Source: Perna viridis (taxonomy: Eukaryota). From it: 64,000 nt of DNA. The notes beneath the pieces are model-generated. The model saw only the letters and a program-made list of their open reading frames with translations, searched no databases and was not told the DNA's origin. The translations under genes and the position numbers were made by a program. Position 1 is the first letter of the stretch, and every line of letters starts with the position of its first letter. The DNA is taken from NCBI GenBank assembly GCA_037379345.1, contig CM074513.1:20832001-20896000 (forward strand), read 5' to 3'. Positions 56,501 through 64,000 of this stretch are shown here, in pieces.

Positions 56501-59500
56501 AGCATTACAGTAGAACCTGTATAGTATGACATATATTGAAACCATTACTACGAAATGTATTAATTATAATTTAAAATTTACATGATTTATGGATAGTTAA
56601 ATATGTCTTATCTGAACCCACCAATATAAGATAGAGCAGTTTGTTGGAGTGCTCAAGTTAAATAAAAATTGAGTTTAGGTTCACATAATAATCATGCAGA
56701 GGATGATGATTTCCGTATTTTTTGTTTTGTGGACAACCAACAAGCCTACTTTTTATACCCCTACTTTGCATTGCAAGTGGGGTATATAGTTTTTATCATA
56801 AATGTGACCTTCTGAAATATATTAAGTAGTTAAACATTTGACAAGACAAAAATATGATGTGATTACTCTTTCATTATTTTCAATTTATAACAGTTACAAT
56901 TAAAATTATACTTGTATTCTTGTATAAAGATCTTCAAAACAAATGAAAAAATTTTAAAAGTACCATTGATTTTTTTTTTTTTAATAATGAGGAAGAAAAT
57001 CAAGTCTTCACCCTCCATTTTATTATTTTCAGGAAAATCTAGTCATCACTCACCATGCTGACAAATCATTGAGAAGTTTCTGTAAGTGGCAGTCAACCAT
57101 GAACTTCAAAGATGATGATCATCCAAATCACCATGATGTAGCCATATTGCTTACCAAGTGAGTCTATTATCGAGTCTGTAAAGGGGAAGATGGGAGCTTG
57201 AAGTATGACACGAATGCACCAGTGGACAAAATTCTAATTATATTCTATTATTGCTACAAGATTGAAGTCATCACTACAGAAGTTTTATGGTCGTCATCAT
57301 GAACTCGTGGATCGTTATGGTGTATCCATCAACACCATGAAAACTGATTTATTCAATAAGTCATAGTTTTCCTCTCCTTGTTTGTCTACCCAGGACTTGA
57401 CTTTTTATGAGCAACTCGGTGGGTGTTTCTAGAAAAGCAGAGGACGCTTACCCTACTGGTGCACCTGGTCCATGCTCCCAGTTTTTAGTGGAGTCCGAGT
57501 TGCTCATTTACTTTTGTTACTTTGTATGTATGATTTTAGTTACTTTATGTTCTTTGTTGTGTATGTCTGTTTTCCATGTCTGGTCTTTGTCCCTGGATTA
57601 CATTCTTTTGATTACCGCTATAACCATGGTTCCCTTGATTACTCTTTGCATACCTGTCCCACTTAAGGAGGGGACTCCCACAAAAAATCACTTTGATGTC
57701 TCATCTTAAATACAAATCATTACTTTGAAATGCCATCTTGATAAGGTTATATTCAATCCTTCAAAATGTTTGAAGTTAGTTATAATATTTTCTCTTTTTT
57801 CTAGGAAAGATATCTGTTCACGTATGAATGAGCCTTGTAGTACCTTGGGTCTTTCTATGATGTCTGGTATGTGTCAGCCTCATCGTAGCTGTAATATAAA
57901 TGAGGATACAGGACTGGCTTTAGCATTTACTATTGCTCATGAATTGGGACACAAGTATGTTGTTTACATAAAGGACATTGTTACTATGAAAGTACTTTTA
58001 TTCGTGGGTCCCAATTTTTGTGGTATAGAGAAAAATAATCAGTCCGTTGGTTCTTGAATTCATGGATTTGACAACTCTACCACACACAAAAATGCAAAAT
58101 TCCTTTTCGTTGGGAACCAGATTTTAAGGGTTACCAAGACATGAAAACCATGAAAATTGGTATCCTATCATTTCCTATGAACAGTAATACTTTCACAGTA
58201 CTTCATAAGTTCCTGTCATGGTCTTGTTATAAGTTCGAGGCTTTTTATTGGTCTGAGGCTTACACGGAAGCAAATTTTGGCTTCAGAATGTGCAAAGCCT
58301 TATCTGTAATAATGCCTTTCAGTGAATCGATTGATCATTTGATAAATTAAATCATGGATTGACTGACAAATCATTCAATCAGTCACTCAAATATTGTTCT
58401 ACATATATACAACAAATTTATTTTATTTGTTTCACCAAAAAGACAGTTTTGTTACATTAAATTGATAAATACTCTAAGATTATATAATTTCAAAATATAT
58501 TGCAGTTAAACTTGTCATAACTGAACCCCATTTGGACTAAAGATTTTACCAGTTAAGACTGGTGTTCGGTTTCCAAGGATTAAAATACATTCATACTGAT
58601 ATAAAGGGACTTTAAACAGTGTCTGTTTTCGACAGTTTGTTATTAAAGGTTCTAGTTAGTCAGGTTTTGTTTATTCTGGGTTCTTTTTAGACAGGTTTTT
58701 TAGGGATCTGATTAGACAGGTTTTCTTTATTCAGGATTCTGTTTAGACAGGTTTTTTAGGGGTCTGATTAGACAAGTTTTCTTTATTCAGGGTTCTGTTT
58801 AGAAAGGTTTTTTATTCAGGGATCCATTTAGACAGGTTTTTTTTATTCAGGAATCTGATTAGACAGGTTTTTTTTATTCAGGGTTCCGTTTAAACAGATT
58901 TCACTGTATATGAATTTAAAGTTCTTCAATTACAAGATCTAAACATTTTTGAATTCATATGTGCTGAATGTGTATATCACAATGAAATTAACAAGTATGA
59001 TTTAATTGTAAGTGTTTGTAAGAATTAGGCAAAATGGGAAAATTCAGTAACATGCATGTTAAAATCCCACCAATCTGACAGTGAAATATCATTCAAAGAT
59101 GCTGTCTCTATTTGAAAAGACCATTTGATTTCTTCATCACTGGATTTGCTCAGAAATTTTTCAATAGAATGTTAGAAAAATGAGGTTTTGACAGAGTTAT
59201 CTACCCCTGAAAAGTTCATTTCCAGTGCATTCAATGAAATTTTAACTCGATGCACTAGCATCATAGGGAAAATATTGTCTTTATTCCTGGATTCTGATGG
59301 TGCAAATAGTCAAATCACACTATCAAAATGGTGGATTTGTCTGCCTGATTCTTACAGAGACTGACACTTAACATGTGCAATATCATGGGGTCAAATATTT
59401 AATGCAGAATGTAAATTAATTTGAATGAGTATTTTAAATTCTACATTTTGTCATGTTTGCAACAAATATAACATGGTAGATGTGTTGCATAAAATTATCA

Positions 59501-62500
59501 CATTTTCTTTAGAAATACATTAAAATATTGGGTTAATGGTCACACAGACCACCTAAAGGTGCATAAAAAACATTTAAAAAGATATTTAAAAAATACTAAA
59601 TTATATGTTTTGTGCAAATAGAAGTAAAAAAGTTCACAATATTTTTTTGGTCCATTGTGATTATGATTTTTTTATGAATATAATTTTTGTGAGACATTAA
59701 TGTCTTGGCTAAATTGATTAAATTATTTTATTTTTTTTTCATCTTTCTTGTACCAAGGTTATATATGTACACATTCCTGAATTAAAATAAGATAAATTTG
59801 TTTCACAAAAACATGGACTAATGTATACATTTTTATAAGTCACATTTGTCTGAAAAAAAAAAAAAAAAAAAAAAACCCGTACAGTTGTTCCCAATATGCC
59901 ATGAATGGTTTAAATGCTCATCACTTTGCTTAGTGATGGAGCAAGGCAGGATTCCTAGGGTTGGACCCCCTTTATGTTTGGTATATTTGTTTTTAAATTA
60001 TGTGCAAAACTTGGGTAAAAAGTGCAAAAACACACTTGGAATCCTGTTATACAGATTTCTGCATCTGATCCATCTTTAAACAAAAAATTCTGGAAACGCC
60101 CCTTTTGCGTATCACAGTAATCAAAACATTTGTAAAAATCGAAGTTTTATGAAGATACCTAGAATGGCCTAAAGTGGTACTCATGTAAATGGTTAAACAA
60201 TTAAGTGCAGAACTTAAACTCTTAAAATCCTAATTGTCTTTCATTATGTTTTGCAAAATCTATGGCCCGAAAAACAAATAAAAACAAAAAAACAAGAGGC
60301 CCACAAGAGATATTGATTCACAGCTAAGCAAGTAATATAGTACTGGTAATCTTCTGTCTGTTTTGACAACATTTCTATATCTACTTTCAGTTTTGGAATG
60401 AAGCATGATGGGATACATAACAGCTGTGAATTAAAAGATGAGAATGAATACATGTATGTGATGTCATCACATCTTCTGGTTGCCTCCCCTAGTATGAAAT
60501 GGTCACCATGTAGTAAAAAAGAAATCACTAAGTTTGTTGAGTAAGTTTATCATCACAATTATGACTGAAAAATAAGACAGGAAATGATTCATGCATGTAA
60601 AAAAACCCACTGAATTCACTTTTGTTTTCTACCATAGGCAGTATCAGAATTTTAAATGGACTTGCTGGTACTTAATTATTCTGTAGTTATTTTGCAATAC
60701 AGTAGAAACTCTCTTATCTGATACACACTTGCAAACTGGAATCAGATTCTTCGATTTTGGACATGTAAAATGAAACTAAACTAAGTAACTTAAGGAGGTA
60801 GACCTAGGGTAAGGGAAACAACTCTTGAAATCAGTGATATGTTTGTATCATATTCGAATTCAACAAAGCCTATCAAGCTTTCATTTGAAACAGAGAGAAA
60901 TCAATCCAAGTTACTTTGATGCTTACATGAGATTGATGTAAAATGCTGAATACAAACGTTCCAATGATTTTTATGAGTTGTGTCCCTTACCCTAGGTCTA
61001 TCTCCTTAAGTTCAGTTAGAGTTTGGTGTTTATAGAATCCCTTTTGTAATCATAATATGATTTGTTTTCACACACAAATGAAAATAATTACTATATGGTT
61101 ATGAATTGAAAATTTTAATCATAATTTTTTTTGCTGTAACCATGCTGTTTGAGTTTTTTTAGATTCAATGCTTACATGTTGAAATTCTGTTCTAAATAAT
61201 CCCTTCATTATTGATCTTACTGGTTGCTTTTTGGCAATAATCTATTGGAATATTGTATGGCTGGTTATTTTGGCGGGTGTATTCTCTGGCGATTTTGTTT
61301 TAAAAAAGTACTGGTATATGTCAGGGGTCAACTTGATTTCATTTCAAATAATTACCAATCCCTTTCAAAAGCAAATATGGTAACTCTCTGTGAAAGTTGA
61401 TACAAACTAATTGAACAAGTGATACATGCATGCACATTGTATAAGTAAATTTTAACTTTCAGTCGAGGCTGGGGTTTCTGTCTCAGTGATGCTCCTGGAG
61501 ATTTAGGAGAAGATACGTTTAACTATCCATTACTGCCACCAGGGACGATGTATGATGCTGACCATCAGTGCAGACTGATGTATGGACCAGAGGCTACTCT
61601 CTGTGATGGAATGAAATTGGTAGGGTATTAATATATCTTGACTCTCAAAAGAGCACAATCTATCATATGTCTCCATTGTACTTACTCAGTAAAGTGACCT
61701 CATGTCCTTTTGGATTTCCATCTATTTTCTTGTTCATTACATTTAATGATTTATAATTTTTAAGAAGCTACTGGACCAAGTTTTTTCAAACTTTAAGATT
61801 ATGCTATACTGGTAATTACTTTTATTTGTGGGTACCAACTTTCGTGGTTTAGGGAAAAATGATCAGTTCATTGATTCTTGAATTTATGGATTTGACAATT
61901 CCATAATACAAACGAATGGAAAATTTCTGTTCATTGGGAACCAAATTTTGTGATATACCTAACCCATGAAAACCACAAAAATTGGTGCCCCACAGACAAT
62001 AATACTTTCACAGTAGATCATAAAGTACAGGTCAACATTGTATTATGATATATGCTGCCAAGAAACTTTCGTTAGTGGGTATCTATTCGTGTGGTTTCTG
62101 TGGTTATCAAAACTGTGTTGGTGTTTGGATTTGTAAATTCTTAGATTTCATTTAGAAATTATCATCATTTTCAATGGAAAATATTTTTCAGTGAAACAAT
62201 TACAGAAATTGAATTCTTGGTATGACCAAATCATGACAACAACAAAAACTTAAGCCACATAGTGAAAAGTTCATCCATTGTAAACATTGTCATAGCTGTA
62301 TTTTTTCTATACAGGAAGACATATGCAATACATTGTGGTGTAGAGTCAACAGTAGGTGTTCAACGAGGTTAGAAGCAGCAGCCGAGGGTACTATATGTGG
62401 TAACAATAAGGTTAGTGTTTGTTGTTTTCTTATTCTTTCTGCAGGTCAGGTTTATGGAGTGCCAGGTTGTAAGCAAACTTTGAATGAAGCTTAAAACTTG

Positions 62501-63898
62501 TTTGGGTATAAATTGTGAATAATTTGCAGAAGTATTTTTTCCTACAAATTTGTGAAGGGGTATACTATATAGGCTCTAAATCTGCACCAGGTATTCAACT
62601 ACTTAAGTTAGATTTGTCTAATTTTCAGCAGTTATTTCCATTCTAATTTCAAGATCAAAGGGAAGGGTTATGAAATAGCAGTATTAATGTGACAGCATTT
62701 TACTATTCTGTTTGTCTCAGAAAATTTGTTCAAATCCTCAATAAAACATACTAGGACATATCAAACCTAAATTGATCCTGTAAGGGAATGCTCACAGTTT
62801 GCTTGAATTATCATTGTATTTTTCAAAACTATTTTTCAGTGGTGTTTCAATGGTAAGTGTGTGGAGATAGGTGAAAGACCAGAGGCTATTAATGGAAACT
62901 GGGGTGAATGGAGCAGTTGGTCTGAATGTACTCGAACTTGTGGAGGAGGTGTCTCCATTGTAGAAAGGCACTGTGATAATCCCATGTAAGTTGGTCAGTG
63001 GGTCAAATGGGCTAATTGAGTCGCTGTTCATAATGTGCTGGAATGATAAGAAAGTGTTGTCTTTTTAACAAAAAGACTCTATATTACTCCTGTTTAGGTA
63101 GGTTAGTGGGTCCTGAATTACCATGGTAATTTGGGCAATAGAAGGAGCTAGTCAGAATATACTTCGGAAATAAACCATGGAAACTACATTTTATCATTGT
63201 TTTACTATGGACTGGCCATTTACGTCGCATTGTTTTACCCTGAGTAATAGCTAGGGGTTAAATACTGACATAAATGGCCAGCCCATGGTAAAACAATGAT
63301 AAATTGGAGTTTCCATGATTTTTTTCGATTCTAAAAGGACTAGTTTCTTCATACTTTTTACTAGATTCAGTCTATGTGTTGCACGAAAGGTTGGTCATGT
63401 GTTTATCACCTTTTTACCATGGCTTTAGTCTAAAGAGCTTTGAAGCACATCATATTAGAATGGAAGGTTTGGAGGTGGACATGGACATATCCATGTGAAA
63501 ATCTTATTTAAGTAGGTCAATGGATTACCATGGTTACTGGAGTGAAAGATGTATCTCCTTCATTTGTCAGGTTTAAATGTGCTTGAACAATTCAATATGT
63601 CTACATAGGTAAGCTAGCTGGTAAAAGAATGATAGGGAGTGCGTGATTCAAGATTGTTTGATGATGTTATTGAAGTGCGTGATTCAAGATTGTTTGATGA
63701 TGTTACTGAAGTGCATGATTCAAGATTGTTTGATGATGTTATTTAGGCTGTTATTGTTTTCAAGCGAGGCTGTCTCATGTTAATGGAGATACATATATCT
63801 TTGCACATACATGCTTTTATCATTTTTTTTCCAGGCCATCAAATGGTGGTAAGTTTTGTATAGGTGAAAGAAGAAGATACAGAATTTGCAATACTGAG
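26420..63898 (+). CDS. ADAMTS7/12-like: ADAMTS7/12-like secreted metalloprotease, 5' 12 coding exons; join(26420..26570,41199..41557,47171..47333,47961..48145,56375..56458,57033..57157,57805..57954,60391..60540,61463..61619,62315..62410,62840..62985,63835..63898); continues beyond window
   Basis: All exon phases are compatible (1830 nt = 610 codons, no stops). Domain order: signal peptide, M12B prodomain, RRKRR|S furin site, reprolysin domain with HELGHNFGMKHD and Met-turn (YVMSS), disintegrin-like, TSP1 ([17 protein letters not shown]). Motifs 'QREKWEQ', '[17 protein letters not shown]' and 'DRGWGFCL' point to the ADAMTS7/12 clade. Confidence 0.92.
27200..27400 (-). mobile_element. Inverted copy of the 24567 MITE (one end truncated)
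   Basis: Ends CTGGATCCGCCCCTG; ~200 bp colinear reverse-complement similarity. Confidence 0.75.
29652..29673. repeat. (TG)n microsatellite
   Basis: Seen directly. Confidence 0.95.
33069..33562 (-). mobile_element. Full-length ~495-bp non-autonomous non-LTR retroelement (SINE-like, no tRNA head seen)
   Basis: Perfect 12-bp TSD GATGACGACGTA (33057-33068 / 33563-33574); 3' tail ..TATAGCTGAAATATTGCTG..GTTAAACCC..(AATC)n on minus strand; second copy at 20177-20673. Confidence 0.85.
37285..37370 (+). mobile_element. Old fragment of the Penelope-like 3' motif
   Basis: ggtgtttctagcaaagcagagaacgcctactctacagatggacccggtccatgctc matches 57422-57477. Confidence 0.65.
38326..38490. mobile_element. GGGGCGGATCCAG-type MITE (related partial copy at ~17380-17528; more decayed relatives near 19400, 40330, 44030, 50294, 54672, 59941)
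   Basis: GGGGCGGATCCAG ... CTGGATCTGCCAC termini. Confidence 0.6.
41199..41557 (+). CDS. ADAMTS7/12-like: ADAMTS exon 2 (prodomain)
   Basis: ttttccag|CA TCA...CTG|gtgagt; [12 protein letters not shown]...CHYTGQI...VALEICNGL. Confidence 0.93.
44125..44298 (-). mobile_element. 5'-truncated copy of SINE-like family 2
   Basis: Reverse complement cagcccagcc..ggacatactctgaccgagttcttcggccaggcatcccgaaggct..ctccgctacc..aaaacccctaatcatcat. Confidence 0.65.
47171..47333 (+). CDS. ADAMTS7/12-like: ADAMTS exon 3 (prodomain)
   Basis: ccattcacag|CGT...G|gttagt; [16 protein letters not shown]...HPHIIY...SSCSAK. Confidence 0.9.
47618..47751. repeat. Foldback/MITE palindrome
   Basis: TTTCACAAAAAGTCGTAAGTG / CACTTACGACTTTTTGTGAAA perfect 21-bp arms, with imperfect pairing further inward. 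Confidence 0.75.
47961..48145 (+). CDS. ADAMTS7/12-like: ADAMTS exon 4 (furin site, start of catalytic domain)
   Basis: gttatgaag|AT...ATG|gtaaga; [62 protein letters not shown]. Confidence 0.88.
50533..51201 (+). mobile_element. Degenerate Penelope-like (probably Naiad/Chlamys-type) retroelement: RT fragment plus 3' terminal region
   Basis: Translates to [15 protein letters not shown]...[12 protein letters not shown]...[12 protein letters not shown]...SASYLDL..(frameshift)..KLYDKHDDF...[23 protein letters not shown] with 2 stops, then jumps directly to the shared 3' repeat. Confidence 0.85.
53097..53330 (+). mobile_element. Degenerate tRNA-derived mollusc SINE (Nin/RUDI-like)
   Basis: Decayed tRNA-like head followed by tagtatttgctac..aataatgtgtccaagtaggatgacatgcct..tataaatctggctcagc, which resembles from recall the Nin-type core. 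Confidence 0.45.
53847..54408 (+). mobile_element. Helentron-associated (HINE/CvA-like) non-autonomous element
   Basis: Subterminal GCTCATCTGGC ... GCCAGCTGAGT followed by a short 3' segment ending CTAGTTTT; internal 'ggagttattgcccttt' units. Related fragments at ~51220-51390, ~43790-44030 and ~15200-15440. Confidence 0.5.
56375..56458 (+). CDS. ADAMTS7/12-like: ADAMTS exon 5 (catalytic)
   Basis: tttttcag|GTT...CAG|gtaaga; [28 protein letters not shown]. Confidence 0.93.
57033..57157 (+). CDS. ADAMTS7/12-like: ADAMTS exon 6 (catalytic)
   Basis: ttttcag|GAA...AA|gtgagt; [41 protein letters not shown]. Confidence 0.93.
57249..57648 (+). mobile_element. 3' end of the same Penelope-like family (ORF C-terminus plus structured 3' region), in ADAMTS intron 6
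   Basis: [35 protein letters not shown], followed by sequence nearly identical to 50966-51201. Confidence 0.8.
57805..57954 (+). CDS. ADAMTS7/12-like: ADAMTS exon 7 (catalytic, HExxH)
   Basis: ttttctag|G...AA|gtatgt; [49 protein letters not shown]. Confidence 0.95.
57982..58200. mobile_element. Tc1/mariner-type MITE (TA-flanked)
   Basis: TACTATGAAAGTACT ... AATACTTTCACAGTA; sister copy at 61807-62015. Confidence 0.65.
58502..58907. mobile_element. MITE with internal ~30-bp tandem array
   Basis: Ends CAGTTAAACTTGT / ACAGATTTCACTGTA; internal (TTATTCAGGGTTCTGTTTAGACAGGTTTTT)-like units at 58660-58900. Confidence 0.6.
60391..60540 (+). CDS. ADAMTS7/12-like: ADAMTS exon 8 (third Zn ligand, Met-turn)
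   Basis: ctttcag|T...GA|gtaagt; [12 protein letters not shown]...YVMSSHL...[13 protein letters not shown]. Confidence 0.93.
60794..61005. mobile_element. MITE with TTAA target duplication (Kolobok-like)
   Basis: TTAA at 60790-93 and 61006-09; 31-bp TIR GGAGGTAGACCTAGGGTAAGGGAAACAACTC with 2 mismatches; GG...CC termini. Confidence 0.8.
61463..61619 (+). CDS. ADAMTS7/12-like: ADAMTS exon 9 (end of catalytic / disintegrin-like)
   Basis: ctttcag|T...TTG|gtaggg; [11 protein letters not shown]...[28 protein letters not shown]. Confidence 0.92.
61807..62015. mobile_element. Sister copy of the 57982 MITE
   Basis: Colinear internal sequence; same right end AATACTTTCACAGTA. Confidence 0.65.
62315..62410 (+). 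CDS. ADAMTS7/12-like: ADAMTS exon 10 (disintegrin-like)
   Basis: ctatacag|GAA...AAG|gttagt; [32 protein letters not shown]. Confidence 0.93.
62840..62985 (+). CDS. ADAMTS7/12-like: ADAMTS exon 11 (TSP1)
   Basis: tttttcag|TGG...AT|gtaagt; WCFNGKCV...[32 protein letters not shown]. Confidence 0.94.
63165..63327. repeat. ~160-bp foldback element
   Basis: ccatggaaactacattttatcattgttttactatggactggccattta / taaatggccagcccatggtaaaacaatgataaattggagtttccatg. Confidence 0.75.
63638..63743. repeat. 36-bp tandem repeat x3
   Basis: agtgcgtgattcaagattgtttgatgatgttattga at 63638, 63674, 63710. Confidence 0.9.
63835..63898 (+). CDS. ADAMTS7/12-like: ADAMTS exon 12 (TSP1 second half), GC donor
   Basis: ttttccag|G CCA TCA AAT GGT GGT AAG TTT TGT ATA GGT GAA AGA AGA AGA TAC AGA ATT TGC AAT ACT GAG|gcaagt. 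Confidence 0.87.
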
Positions 63899-64000
63899 GC
63901 AAGTTTTTATTCAGTTCAGATGAACTCAAGTTTAGATATTGTTATGTTGACAAGTGTTTTTTGTGTGGTCATTGGAATGAATTTACTGTTTTATTACTGA

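Noticed and set aside
60244-63031. Minus-strand ORFs 60244..60528 and 62792..63031
   Set aside because: Antisense shadows of ADAMTS exons 8 and 11.
63638-63743. 36-bp direct repeats (also 40-bp at 21767 and 71-bp at 9281) as a CRISPR-like array
   Set aside because: Head-to-tail with no unique spacers, no cas genes, eukaryotic intron or intergenic context.

Overview
AT-rich eukaryotic genomic DNA. The repeat content (Penelope-like RT relics, mollusc-type SINE tails, Helentron/CvA-like repeats) suggests a bivalve mollusc, which is an inference. Two spliced + strand protein-coding genes can be rebuilt by hand from splice signals and reading phase. (1) The last three coding exons (1895-4559) of an ARHGEF18/AKAP13/ARHGEF28-family RhoGEF, with an intron 2 nt after the stop and a structured 3'UTR. 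(2) The first 12 coding exons (26420-63898, 610 codons, continuing past the window) of an ADAMTS7/12-like metalloprotease: signal peptide, prodomain, furin site, HELGHNFGMKHD zinc motif, disintegrin-like domain and first TSP1 repeat, ending at a probable GC-AG donor. The rest is intergenic or intronic DNA with Penelope-like fragments, non-autonomous retroelements, MITEs, foldbacks and minisatellites. The best leads are three structured RNA motifs carried by retroelements, a hairpin cluster in the RhoGEF 3'UTR, an inverted MITE pair bracketing ADAMTS exon 1, and apparent CpG-depletion boundaries. No prokaryotic-type system such as CRISPR is present, and no finding here is established as novel without database searches.
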